DNA from: Ascidiella aspersa
Taxonomy: Eukaryota
Assembly: GCA_963924565.1 (NCBI GenBank)
Contig: OZ004613.1
Span: 13,206,001 to 13,270,000 of the forward strand
Direction: 5' to 3'
DNA: 64,000 nucleotides
Each line of letters starts with the position of its first letter. Positions within the stretch are counted from its first letter, which is position 1. Shown piece by piece: positions 38,578 through 53,100 of this stretch. Position numbers and translations under genes: made by a program. The notes beneath the pieces were generated by a model. That model did not search any database. It had not been told where the DNA came from and was given only the letters and a program-made list of their open reading frames with translations.

Positions 38578-41500
38578 GGCGACAGTTATCCTCTTCTGGT
38601 CGACCGCCTATTTTGAATACTTGTTATGTAAACAACAGAAAAGATGTAGACCCAAAACGTTACCTTGTGTCTGTACCTACTACTTGTGAACCTGTTATGC
38701 TGCGCGACTTCTTGCTGAAGCAATACTTTTACTCGTTTGAAACGTTATAAGTTTTTCTTCTAGAACTCGGGTATATCTTATTTAACTCTATTTGAATTAC
38801 GGCACTATTATTATCCCTCAACGCGATATGGAATATGTGGGACGAGTGGATCCTACGGACCAGTGACTCAGGAGTTTTTTCCTCTTTCCATTTTAAATTA
38901 ATGTTTTGAAATTTCGGATGTTGTATCGAGATGCAACGCCATCTTTGTTTACAAGTTTTCAAACAAGACGGAAATCTGTGTAAGTTTGAGATAATAAAAC
39001 AATTTTTAAGGCAAAAAAGTAAAACTTTCACATCTAGAATTTGTATTTTGTACTAGAGCAAAGTGCATACGGAATGTTGTTTAACAGTAAAAATTATACT
39101 TCCATTTTAGTTAGGTGATGGCAAATAGTAAACCTAAAAAGCTAGTCAAGTTTTAATTCAGGCCATGCTAAGTGCAAATGGCCGCCATAGGGACCAATGG
39201 TTCACAACCCGGTGGGGACAAGTGGATCAGTTATTCAGCAATGTTGTTCGCCTACCGAGTAAACAAATCACAGAGATAATTTACTTACCATCTTCTACGG
39301 CAGCTCTAAAATTAGAAGTTGGTGGTAGCCTTGCGATGAGGTCAATTTTGTCTATAAAATGGGCCATAGTAATTTCCTAATTTTCTTTTGGTTTGCTAGA
39401 AATATATATTGAACTGGAAAACCATGTTAATAGTCCTAAAAATATATTAGCAAATAATGCAGGCGAAAGTTGAATTTGTATTAGACGATGCTTGAGTTAT
39501 TTTTCTTCAATAAGATGTTGTGAACAAATGGTCCCCAACCCTTGAACCAATGGTCCCCATGGGTGTGGACCAATGTTTCACAAGAGTAGTATTTTTGGTC
39601 ATGCAAAATAAACAACTTTTCTCTCCTTAAATGTTGTGCTATGTTGAAGGATAGATTAACGTTGATTGAGGCAAACAAAACCTGCGCATGCATAAACGTA
39701 AAAAGTGACTCACTGGTCCCACATCTCCCCACCTTTTCAAACGTCATCTCAGATACTTAGTCGCGCTTCAACCTCAAGAAACGGGGGTATTATTGTATGT
39801 TGGGCTTGAAAGTGCGTTTTTGTTTTGTGATTGTGATACCAACTGCGCTTTAAGGTTGCAATGTCTAGTTGCCAGCTGTTTTTAAGACGTTCGCTTAATT
39901 AACCCTTAAGCTTATCCAGTTTATATATTTATTCGGGTCCCTATGATTGCTCAGCAGCTAACCACATTTACCCGTGAAATATATTTAGTCAGTTAAATCT
40001 AACGGCTGTTAGAACTAAATATTGTTTGCTTTGATCGCAACAATTTACTTGCATGTCTGTGAAAGTTCACATTCTTTCAAATTTGTGAACTGCATATAAA
40101 TATCTTTTCAACCCTTGAACTTGTCTTGGAGGTTTGATTTAAATCTGGCTGTTAAAATGAAATTAAGTAGCCTTTTCCATGAGTTGATTTGTGTGAGATC
40201 GCTATTTGGAGGTGTTAGTTATTAGGTCGTCTAAGTTGGTCGTAATACGTTAGCTTCGCATTAACAAAAGCTTTGCGTATACTCGCTATTTATGAATAAA
40301 CAGTGCTGATATCTGCGCAGACCTTCGTGCCTAATGAGCTTTCCGTATATAAAAGATCATTATCCTTGCTAAAATTCTTTCTTACCATTTACTGAAAAAG
40401 GCTTGCTAATCAAGTAAACGGTCTCCATAATGCAATCTGGCAAGTCTTCAATTTCGTATCACCTGCTATAAACGTAGTTTCCTTGTATGTTTGAGTTGTC
40501 AATAAATTTAAACGTATATTATCCATGGCTTATTATCCACTTCTGAAATATTACTGTTTAAAGTTTAAATAATTTTTCAGCTGTCTACACAAAAGAAAGA
40601 TGGTTATATATAACAACATTCATCTAAACATAAGTCAATATAAGAAACTCAAATATCGCTTGCTGCGCGAAATCAATGCGTCTAGGCTTACCTATAGTGA
40701 GTTAACACCTTACTACTAAATTTATTGAACGTCAATATTGCAAAACATTATAGGCTGTTTCCAACTATATTTTTTAAACAAAAGTTTGCCGTACTTTAAA
40801 ATAGAATTTGCGATTATAAATCCGTTTAAAACCACCGCGTCACGAAACATTATCTGGACATATCGATTTCGTTGCTCCGAGATCAGCAGGAAAATAAAAT
40901 TCTGCAGCGTTCTATTCCATTACGGTTCTGCGATCAAACTTGTAGGTTTTCAATTATTCATCTTGCGTTGGATTCAGGTGAAATTCTGCCGTGCTCAGAC
41001 ACACGGATGACTCACGTAGCAGACGTTCTGGTTCCCAGGTCAGATTTTTTACATTTTTGAATTTGAAGTAGGTCTTTCGAAATTAACCTTAAAATGCGAA
41101 TGGTATCGAATGTGTTTGCAAAATTATAAATGTCGTCGGTTTAAATTACTTCATATCAAAGGCAGGATATTGCAGAAATTATAAAGGGATTTAGAAATTC
41201 CGATTCCGATAGGTGATATTTATTAAGCTAGGAATAAACGCTTTTACTTTTTCAGTCAGTTACTTTGTTCCTAAAATTGCTATAGCCGCGTTAAAAAATT
41301 AATTTTGGACCGCTATGGTTATGTGGATTAACGTCATTTAAATCCGCTCAATGAATAGCAAACAACTAAACTACGGCGAACTGCCTACTCCATTTTCGGA
41401 TATTAGTGTTAAACAGGCTTAAAGCGTAATAAAATCACCAAGTTATAGTTTAGAGCAGGTGTATGGAATAAGACAAAGTGTGAAATCCGCTGTAAATTAA

Positions 41501-41625
41501 CCTCAGCTTCGCAAAACGAAAACTTGTCGTATAATTAAGAAATAAAAATAAAATGATCTTACAATTTATTTGATATTTTATTACATCAGTTACACAACTA
41601 CTCGCCAGCAAAACTAGACGCTATC

Positions 41626-44249
41626 ATGCGCATCGGCTTAACACTGTTGCTTATAGTCTTTTGCTTATATTTGCTGGCTGAAGTATGCCAGGCTGGCAAA
41701 AACAAAAATGATCCGAAGGGGACTAGCAAGAAAAGCAGCGGAAAAAGCAAAAGTAATAAAATAAACAGGGCGGGTCCGTCGAGCGGTTGGGACAAACGCA
41801 AGAAAATGAAAAAGAAGACAAAGAAACGTGGCAGCTTCAAGACAAAGCAAGTTTTACCTTGACACTAACTTCAGTTGCTAGTTTTCTGTTTTGCCTATTT
41901 GTTTAGGCTTAACATGCTTTTCAACAATATAGAGTATGCTGTGTATGTTTTCCGATGTCACGTATACAGTACAGACTGTAAACAAGTTTAGACTAATGTT
42001 GTCCGATATTTTGTTTATTATTCCGATCGATAACCATTCAAGACCAACGTAATTGGTCTACTGTACTATATACTTGGCATGTGTTAATGGCAGTCAAATA
42101 CTGTCAAAGACCCCAACCTACACTCCGACGCATGTCCTTAACGTATTTTTAAATCAGTTGGAGTTTTGCATAGTTTTATAATTTAACCGTTTATTTGTTC
42201 AAGGCTTGCACTGACAAGTACGGTCGTCTTGGCTGGTGTTCTTTATACGACGAGGCCGCGATTCCGCACTCACAGAACAACGCCCGAACTTGCGTCGGAT
42301 TATTTGTAAGTAGCAGCTAAAATTAAATCTCCTCGGCATCCAGATCGAAAAGGCATTTCTTCGTCGTTACGTCCACTTTCGTTTATGCTAAACTGCCTGG
42401 AAATAAGTTCTTAGTTGTTATACTGTAAGCGCTACCATGTTGCACAACTAAACAATGAAACAATAATCTACTATAAACGCTTTCATTATTAAAAATTCTA
42501 ACAAACTAGAAAAACCTTAAATTTTCAGTACAACTACAAATGTTATAAGGGACAGGTGCAAATTTGTTAAATTTTACCAAATATATTCTGCGCAAAACAT
42601 ACATAGAACATTTGTATTTAGATCAGGGCGTTGATTATTTCTTAACGGTTTGTAGGCCCAAATAGCACATTTCAATAAAATTTGCAATTCAAATACGTGC
42701 TTAGTCTGGGTTTGTTTCCTTTTCTTAGTCATATCAACTTAAATAATTCAAAAACCCACATAGCAAGGAGCAAAGTATATCAATTATTTATGGGCGTTTG
42801 GTCGAAACCCTTTAGAAGGTGCGTGCGATTTCTTATCGATGCTTTCAGGTATTACCAGTCACGTGACCTCGATCCACGTTTTAACGTCAACGGCAACCGA
42901 CTTCACACAGCCTTTATTTTGCCTTTGAACAACGACACAATGTACGATTGCTTGATCGTATCCCAACACACCAGTAAGTGCCTGATGAATTGTTTTTGAT
43001 TCAGTTAAGTATACATTACCTTTCCTACTACATTTTTTAATTTTCTCTTATTTTACTATTAAACTGATAAAAGGGTATGATTAAAAAAAAACTACTGAAG
43101 TGGAACAAACTTGTTTTCGTTAAAGGCATAATCCAATACTCATATCTGTCCACATATTGTGTGTTTTTGCCAGTGTTGTAAACAAGTCGTTTTTAAATGA
43201 CTTTAGTCCCAGTCAAGTAATTTGAAAAATACCTTAAGTCCAAGTCAAGTCTTTTGCAAAAATTACAAGTCAAGTCCAAGTCCCAATTAATCGGTTACCC
43301 AAGTCAAGTTCCAGTCAAGTCATTATGCAAGCCAGTCAATTTCAAGTGTTAAACCATTAAAATTTGTAAACTCCGCCGATAATGCGCAACAGTTTAACTA
43401 AAAAATAACACAAACCCAATACACAACAATAAAATTGTTTAATGTGCAAAACTTAAGATACATTTTAATAAAAATCTCTTTATTTAACTTAAGTCCAAGT
43501 CGAGTCATTTTCCAAAAGACTTAAGTCAAATCAAGCCATTACAGTGACTTAAGTGCAGTTAATTCTATTCACTGATTTAAGTCATTACAACACTGTTTTT
43601 TGCTGCTCCTTTGACCTACGGAGATGCGATACATAATTACGGACTAATGCGAACTTTTTTTTTAATATTAGGGATATAATATTAGGGTAATAAGGATTGT
43701 GCTAGAGCCAACAAAGCAGGTTGAATTAGCTGTTCGTCACACCTTTTCGACTAATACGCCAACAGCTTTGGAAAAGTAATTCAGATTAGCTACAGCGGAA
43801 TTGTGCCCAAACCGATAAACCCACACAGCGCCTTGATTTCACACGAAAACTAATTAAAACTATTATCGGGATAAAAACTCTTTAAAACCAATCAGGACAC
43901 AGCATTACCATATTCGTGTTTTGTTTTGAAACAAAATCTACATTTGGGTTGCCCATTTGTATACCTTTTGAGACACCGACCTATATATTCATTTTGCATT
44001 TTGTAGTGGTTTTACTTTGCTATAAATAGCTTTCTTGTTACAGAGAAAAGTGACTGCCCAAACGCCTTCAGGAGCCATATCACCAATACAACCAAGTTTC
44101 GTTTTCCAAACGAGTTTAATGCCACCAATTTGCTTCAGCCACGCAGTTACAAAGAGATCGCCCTGTGTTGTGGTGCTATGTCTCTGCTACCATCCATTGG
44201 AAATGTGCTGCTTTTACTGACAGTGACAGTACGCTATATTCTCCTTTAA
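41626..44249 (+). CDS. Small secreted, probably GPI-anchored protein (~217 aa) with PrP/Shadoo-like layout and Shisa-like motifs
   Basis: Exons 41626-41846 (GC donor) or -41850 (GT donor), 42204-42305, 42849-42973, 44044-44249; AATAAA overlaps the stop. Signal peptide, Lys-rich region, hydrophobic stretch, 4 mature-region Cys, 3 N-glycosylation sequons, C-terminal CCGAMSLLPSIGNVLLLLTVTVRYILL. Confidence 0.7.
43171..43595. mobile_element. hAT-like MITE with internal CAAGT(C) repeats
   Basis: TIR CAGTGTTGTAA / TTACAACACTG; TSD GTTTTTGC/TTTTTTGC; relatives at ~59824-60240 (inverted) and 63698-64000. Confidence 0.8.
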
Positions 44250-44866
44250 TAAAGGGTGTGTGTGTGTAAAGCTAAGGGTTCAATGATTTTGTAGTAAGGT
44301 TATACGCACAATGTTGAAAAAAATTCTCATTTTTGTCGCTCCAAATCGACAACAAATTATACTGTACCAAAATGTGGGGCAATTTGTTTTGTTTTTTGCA
44401 GATAAAACTGATCATTAGGCTTGCTTATAAACCTTAGTCACGATAACGCTTATCTAAAGCGTTGTTGAAGTGTTAGAGCTCGTGTCCTGTGTAAGTGATA
44501 TAAGCATGCTTGTTGGAAAACTTAATGAGTAAAGTATGAAGATATTTCCTCGCCCGTACATGTGAAAGACGAAAATGACTTCAAATGGGAGCAAATATTT
44601 TTAAATATTTTTCTGAAAAGTCTAAAGACTATTTAAAAGCATGCTTGTTATCTGATAATTGCGGGAGTACATAGTGGTGAGTGTATACTTGTATGTTGTG
44701 CAACTGTGTGACAAAATGGCAACTTTGCACAACAAGATGTTTTATTAAACAAACAGGAAATTTATTCTATTAAAAAGATTTCGTATGACGCTTCATAATA
44801 TTTTTTCGGTAAAAGTATTACGCTTATTGGTTTTCCAATTATACAATTTTGTATCCGTATGTAAAG

Positions 44867-46610
44867 CAGTGATTCCCACCCTTTTCGTGTTTGCTTTCAC
44901 GTGAACTTAAAATAATTGCGACTCGTACCTCTTCCTTCGAGAAAAATCTAATTCCAATCTAATATCTACTATTTCATGTACAAAACATACTGAATATAGA
45001 ATCCGGCGGAGATCGTTTTCTGGTTTATGTCATTTGAAAGCGATGGCAAGCAAATCAAACACTGCGGGAGAAGCTCACTTTTTTGTTGATTTTAAGCCAC
45101 ATATTAGATATTCCAGGTCGTACTTTCGCTTCGACGTGCTCCAAAGATAAAACAGCTCATTTGTAATTGACTCAGTTTCTAGCAGGGTTGCGGAAACGGT
45201 CAAAAACAACTCAAGTCCGAATCCCGAAGTTAAATCCGGCAAAATGAATGAATTCGAGTGCGACCTTGGTCAAATTTGCCGATTCTGATTAGTCCGGTTC
45301 CATCCCCGACTCTATAACCTGTATTCCGTCCACGTAACTAAAAGACGGTGTATACAGTATGTAGGAATCCACTCATAATCGTGTCTTACATATTACTCAG
45401 CCACATAAAGCGTTTCGAAAACATTCCACCATATAGATCTAGATTTCGTATTGCGCATGCGCACGTCGGACCCGGGAATCGCGAGTTAAGAATTCTTACG
45501 TAGCCTTACTATGACTGCAGGGTAATAAACTGACTCCATCGAGTTTTAATATAAGTCTGATTTCGAAGCCCTGCCTTTGACTGCAGTACGCCTCAAATCC
45601 TTAACTGACAAGAAGAGATGTAGACGTATTAGCATCTCCGTTAATAATATTTTTATGACATAATAATATTCAACTAATTATTGTTCGCAAAAGTTGCTGT
45701 CCAACCGGGGTTACCAGATCGGTCATTTTACGACCACAAATTAAAAATTTGACATTTTTAGAATGCAATGCAATTCGTTTTTTTTTTTGTTTGGCCGTTT
45801 GCTCTTTTTAGCGTTTATAGAAAAATTAGCAAGATATGCACTTTTAGTAATAATATTAATAAAATAGTAGTCATTTTTGTAAATATTACTGTTTTAATAA
45901 AGTAAATATTACAATTTATTAATATTTTTTGCCTAAAGTGTGTGCGCTGTGTTGCTAAAACGAATACAGGGAATGTGAAAACAATTCGTAGCTCTTACGT
46001 AAATATGAGATGCAGCTGTGTGTGTCTGCTAGATAGATGAGGTTTGTGCGTTGTTTGATCTTAGTAGTGGCATCACTTCCGAAAATATTACATTCTGAAA
46101 ACTTAGCGTACGTGTTCCGCCGAGTTCCGCAAAGGCACTAAATAAATATATACGCCATTGCTATCAGATCGGAAAATTTGGCCTGTTGCACTATATAACG
46201 CAGCCCAACTCTCCAAATTAACTATAATACAGCCACGTAATTTTAAACGTTGATCAATGTCTTCGTAGCGCAATAAATATAAAGTTTCCATCTGTCAAGG
46301 ATTGAATAAGCAATATGTTCTTATAATACCCGAAATCCATAAGCAGTATTTTAGTTTTAAATTCATATTTTACCTGTATTTAAGAAAGTCTGACCTTTTT
46401 AAGTTTTTGCAACTGGCCGTCGTAACCCTCTGATTAACTTAGTTTTACACTTTAAATAGATCAGTTGAGTGCAACAAGGGACCTAGCGGATAAAATAATA
46501 AAGAAACAAGGATTTTGAGATCACATTGATGGTCCAATTCAATCTATAGACTATGACCACAAATTACGGAAAGGTGCTCGCGTGCTGCGAACGACTGGTT
46601 GGGAAAAAGT
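44867..46610. mobile_element. Degenerate hAT MITE cluster including a nested element at 45183-45573
   Basis: CAGTGATTCCCACC start, GGTTGGGAA end, flanks ATGTAAAG/GTGTAAAG; internal CAGGGTTGCGG...GCCCTG homologous to 16748-17040 (inverted). Confidence 0.5.
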
Positions 46611-47166
46611 GTAAAGTATATCCGTGATTTAAACTATGTGCCTATAATCTAAACTCAAAACTGGGGTCCTAGTAATTTTTGTGGCAACGGTCACTGTGAT
46701 TAAAGCAAATTCGTAGCTAAGTTATGCAAAACGAAATACAAAGATTAAGTGGACGATACACTTAAAACAAATCAGGCTTCAACCACTTTAGGCTGTAACG
46801 TAAAACGAAATTTATCCGTTTTTTTACGTTTTTGTAAGAAATGGCTAGTACTGTGATGCACCATTGCAATTCAGCTCTAACGGGAGCCCAGTAACAAAAA
46901 TAGGAATGTGGAATCGCTCTATCAAAGCGTAGAAAAGAACCCGGGCCTTATAACGCAAGAGTTTTTATACAAGAGTATTTTTAACTTGCCGCGGCGAATT
47001 CCCCTTCAAGAGAAACCGCAGGAAACTCCCAACGCTGACAAAAAGCAGTCGCGACGGGGCCTGCTACGGTTAACCTGTCACCCCGAATAGGCGCACTATA
47101 TATATTGACCTGCTAAGTTACCAGCACTATATGTTAGATGTTACCGTAACGATGACTGGATAACCG

Positions 47167-50100
47167 ATGCACACTGCCATGTCGCTGTTGAAGACATGCA
47201 AAATGCGCAAAGCGAATGCTTCTTTATTTTCTTGTTTCACAATTCTGATATTGGTGGCCCACGTAGAAGCAAATCGCCAAGGTAAGATAATTATAATTAA
47301 ACGTTTTACGAGACTTTATTTGATTGTAAAAAGCTTTACGAGACACAGGCACATAGTGGTCTTAGACTTAAAACACTTAGCCAGGTTTTTATTTCGGAGG
47401 ATTTAAAAGCTTTAAAAGTACCGAAAGGTAGTTTTGTTTGTGTATTTTAAGGTATTAAGCTGAAACACTTCTATTTGAATAAGAAACTGACGATGCCTTA
47501 TAGGGGTAATATATATTTCTGAAAGATTTTAGGAAATGATTTTATGTTTTATCTGTTTTAATAAATAAACAGTTTTAAGATCTTTTAAGGTATTACAAGC
47601 AAATTTCGGTGCACAGGAGTATCTCGGAACAACAACTTTTCTTAAATAGCAAGGCATTGATGAATCTCTAACAATTACTATTTGTTTAGAGAAATTAACT
47701 GTCGAGATTGAGTCAAACCCAAATCATATTCTTGGAAACATTTTCTCAACAATAGAAGTGTAAGTAACAAAATTGTAAAAATGTTCACACAGATTGTTTG
47801 TTCTTTTTCAAAAACTATAATTTTCGTTGTATTTTATGGTAATAACTTGCCATAGCATTTTTTTTTTTAATTTTCTTAAAAATAATATAGATTTTATGTG
47901 GCATATGAGCCATATTAAACACGTTACTATCAGAACAGTAAGTCATTCATACTTAAAAAAAAAGACTTCCAAATATCGCCGTATTCCAACAAATGTAAAC
48001 CAACAACCTAAATCAAAACAGAAGCGTTCAATTGATTTGCCTTGGTTTGGTTTCAGTTGTTTAAATAGTTAACGTACGGTCCTCAAATATAATCTTTAAC
48101 AAACCAGTGCCACTGCAACTGCTTTAGTCACTTGGGGTTTTGCGTTACGTTTAAGCATCGGGTAACAATTTCTTTTAAGCTGTTTTTCAATTCGTTCGAG
48201 TTTTAATTGGAGAATCGGAACACCGTATAATGCCTTAAAACTGACAATTTAACGTCGTTAAGAAATTGAAGCAAACTTAAAAGGCCTGAACGTACTACAT
48301 ACTTTTGTCTAACGTAAATTTACAAAACTAGTTTTTAAAAACAAAAAATATTTGATCGATTAGGTTGAACACGCAGTTTGAAATTTTGCTGTGTTCCTGT
48401 GCATTTCGTCAAATATGGCGAAAAGTGTGGCTGGGACGCCCAACGTGGGCTGCCTAATGTAATCATACAAGTTGAATAAATTGATAAGACCACCATTACA
48501 AGTTTTCTAACACAATTTACGCAATAATATTGCGCGTGCAGAATTTGTATCACAAGTAATATCGCAGTCTGTGTTGAAAAGCTAATCAAATGTACTGTAC
48601 TTTACGAAGAAAAATTAAATTAAAAAACAATAGAATATACTACAAATTTACTAAAAATAGAAAATATTGTGTTGCATGATTTTGTGTCTTATCAAAATGA
48701 TTTATTTGTTTGATACGATTTCAATATTTAAAAAAAAGGAAATACAAAAAAGAAGCCAGTGAGATCATTGGAGATTCAACATTTTCATTTGGTGAGTGTA
48801 TCTCACAAAGGGTAATATTTTAATGATTGCATCAACATAATAATCTAACCTGAGATCACATTTACCTTGCAGAGTTGAGTATTTGCTATACGAGAGTATC
48901 CAATGAAATGCAAAACCAACAAAACATCATTTTGAAAGGTAATAAAATCAAATTCATGTTCAAAACAAGATGCGCAAATAAAAAAATCGCAATTTATACA
49001 TTTCAGGTCAAATTACTTGTCCAACCACAAAAACTTGCAACAGTAAAATTGACAATGTGCTAGAAATGGCAACACCATGTCCAAGTTCGACGACCCTAAA
49101 ACCAACAACAACAGCCACCACAGATTTAACTACTTCACCAGATCCAACAACCACCGCAGAATCTACTACGTCATCAGATACAACAACCATAACACGATCT
49201 ACTACGTCACCAGATCCAACAACCAACATAGGTTCTAGTATGTCACCAGATCCAACAACCATAAGAGGATCTACTGCGTCACCAGATCCATCAACCATAA
49301 CAAGCTCTACAACGTCATCAGATCCAACAACCTTAACAGGATCTACTACGTCATCAGTTCCAACAAGCATAACAGCTTCCACTACGTCATCAGATCCAAC
49401 AACCATGACAGGTTCTACTACGTCACCAGATCCAACAACCACTACAGGTTCTTCTACGTCACCAAATCCAACAACCACCATAGTTTCTGCTACGTCATCA
49501 GATCCAACAACCATAACAGGAGCTACTACGTCATCAAATCCACCAAACATAACAGGGTCTACTACGTCACCAAATCCGACAACCACAATCGGTTCGAGTA
49601 CGTCATCAGATCCAACAACCTTAACAGGATCTACTACGTCACCAAATCCAACAACCACTACAGGTTCTACTACGTCATTAGATCCAACAACCATAACAGC
49701 ATCTACTACGTCATCAGATCGACCAACCATAACAGGATCTAATACGTCATCAGATCCAACAACCATAAAAAGAACTACTACGTCACCAGATCCAAGAACC
49801 ATAGCAAGTTCTACTACGTCACCAGAACCTACAACCATAACACGGTCTACCACGTCACCAGATCCAACAACCAACACAGGTTCTTCTACGTCATCAGATT
49901 CAACAACCACCATAGGTTCTTCTACGTCATCAGATTCAACAACCATGACAGGATCTACTATGTCACCAGATCCAATAACCATAACAGGTTCTCCTACGTC
50001 AACAGATCCAACAACCACCATAGGTTCTTCTACGTCATCAGATTCAACAACCATGAAAGAATCTACTACGTCACCAGATCCGACAACCACAATAGGTTCG

Positions 50101-53100
50101 AGTACGTCATCAGATCCAACAACCACCATAGATTCTACTATGTCATCCGATTCAACAACCATGAAAGGATCTACTACGTCATCAGATCCAACAACTATGA
50201 CAGGTTCTTCTACGTCACCAGATCCAATAACCAAAACAGGTTCTACTACGTCATCAGATCCAACAACTTTAACAGGATCTACTACGTCACCAAATCCAAC
50301 AACCACCATAGGTTCTACTACGTCATCAGATACAACAACCACGATAGGTTCAACTACGTCATCAGATCCAATAACCACAACAGGATCTGCTTCGTCATCA
50401 GATCCAACAACCACCATAGGTTCTAGTACGTCATCAGATCTAACAACCATAACAGGATCTACTACGTCATCAGATATAACAACCATAACAGGTTCTTCTA
50501 CGTTACCAGATCCAACAAAGACCATAGGTTCTAGTACGTCATCAAATCCAACAACCATAACAAGATCTACTACGTCATCAGATATAACAACCACTACAGG
50601 TTCTTCTACGTCACCAGATCCAACAACCACTAAAGGATCTACTACGTCACCAGATCCAACAAACAACATAGGTTCTAGTACGTCATCAGATCCAACAGCA
50701 ACTACAGGTTCTTCTACGTCAACAAATCCAACAACCACTAAAGGATCTACTACGTCACCAGATCCAACAACCACCATAGGTTCTAGTACATCATCAGATC
50801 CAACGACCATGACAAGATCTTCTACGTCACCAGATCCAATAACCATAACAGGTTCTTCAACGTCACCAGATCCAACAACCAGCATAGGTACTTCTACGTC
50901 ACCAAATCCAACAACCACTAAAGGATCTACTACGTCACCAGATCCAACAACCACCATAGGTTCTAGTACGTCATCAGATCCAACAACCATGACAGGATCA
51001 ACTACGTCACCAGATCCAATAACCATAAGAGGATCTACTGCGTCACCAGATCCATCAACCATAACAAGCTCTACAACGTCATCAGATCCAACAACCTTAA
51101 CAGGATCTACTACGTCATCAGTTCCAACAAGCATAACAGCTTCCACTACGTCATCAGATCCAACAACCATGACAGGTTCTACTACGTCACCAGATCCAAC
51201 AACCACTACAGGTTCTTCTACGTCACCAAATCCAACAACCACCATAGTTTCTGCTACGTCATCAGATCCAACAACCATAACAGGAGCTACTACGTCATCA
51301 AATCCACCAAACATAACAGGGTCTACTACGTCACCAAATCCGACAACCACAATCGGTTCGAGTACGTCATCAGATCCAACAACCTTAACAGGATCTACTA
51401 CGTCACCAAATCCAACAACCACTACAGGTTCTACTACGTCATTAGATCCAACAACCATAACAGCATCTACTACGTCATCAGATCGACCAACCATAACAGG
51501 ATCTAATACGTCATCAGATCCAACAACCATAAAAAGAACTACTACGTCACCAGATCCAAGAACCATAGCAAGTTCTACTACGTCACCAGAACCTACAACC
51601 ATAACACGGTCTACCACGTCACCAGATCCAACAACCAACACAGGTTCTTCTACGTCATCAGATTCAACAACCACCATAGGTTCTTCTACGTCATCAGATT
51701 CAACAACCATGACAGGATCTACTATGTCACCAGATCCAATAACCATAACAGGTTCTCCTACGTCAACAGATCCAACAACCACCATAAGTTCTTCTACGTC
51801 ATCAGATTCAACAACCATGAAAGAATCTACTACGTCACCAGATCCGACAACCACAATAGGTTCGAGTACGTCATCAGATCCAACAACCACCATAGATTCT
51901 ACTATGTCATCCGATTCAACAACCATGAAAGGATCTACTACGTCATCAGATCCAACAACTATGACAGGTTCTTCTACGTCACCAGATCCAATAACCAAAA
52001 CAGGTTCTACTACGTCATCAGATCCAACAACTTTAACAGGATCTACTACGTCACCAAATCCAACAACCACCATAGGTTCTACTACGTCATCAGATACAAC
52101 AACCACGATAGGTTCAACTACGTCATCAGATCCAATAACCACAACAGGATCTGCTTCGTCATCAGATCCAACAACCACCATAGGTTCTAGTACGTCATCA
52201 GATCTAACAACCATAACAGGATCTACTACGTCATCAGATATAACAACCATAACAGGTTCTTCTACGTTACCAGATCCAACAAAGACCATAGGTTCTAGTA
52301 CGTCATCAAATCCAACAACCATAACAAGATCTACTACGTCATCAGATATAACAACCACTACAGGTTCTTCTACGTCACCAGATCCAACAACCACTAAAGG
52401 ATCTACTACGTCACCAGATCCAACAAACAACATAGGTTCTAGTACGTCATCAGATCCAACAGCAACTACAGGTTCTTCTACGTCAACAAATCCAACAACC
52501 ACTAAAGGATCTACTACGTCACCAGATCCAACAACCACCATAGGTTCTAGTACATCATCAGATCCAACGACCATGACAAGATCTTCTACGTCACCAGATC
52601 CAATAACCATAACAGGTTCTTCAACGTCACCAGATCCAACAACCAGCATAGGTACTTCTACGTCACCAAATCCAACAACCACTAAAGGATCTACTACGTC
52701 ACCAGATCCAACAACCACCATAGGTTCTAGTACGTCATCAGATCCAACAACCATGACAGGATCAACTACGTCACCAGATCCAATAACCATAACAGGTTTT
52801 ACTACGTCATCAGATCCAACAACCATAACAGGATCTACTACGTCATCAGATTCAACAACCATAACAGGATCTAGTACGTCATCAGATCCAACAACCATAA
52901 CACGATCTACTACGTCACCAGATCCAACAACCATAACAGGATCTACTACTTCATCAGATTCAACAACCATAAGAGCATCTACTACGTCATCAGATCCAAC
53001 AACCTTAACAGGATCTGCTACGTCATCAGATCCAACAAGCACTCAAGAATCTACTACGTCACCAGATCCAACTACCATAACAGGTTCTTCTACGTCAACA

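Noticed and set aside
41626-41862. Single-exon cationic antimicrobial peptide
   Set aside because: Downstream in-phase exons ending in a GPI-like signal explain the ORF better as exon 1; an intron-retained short form cannot be excluded.
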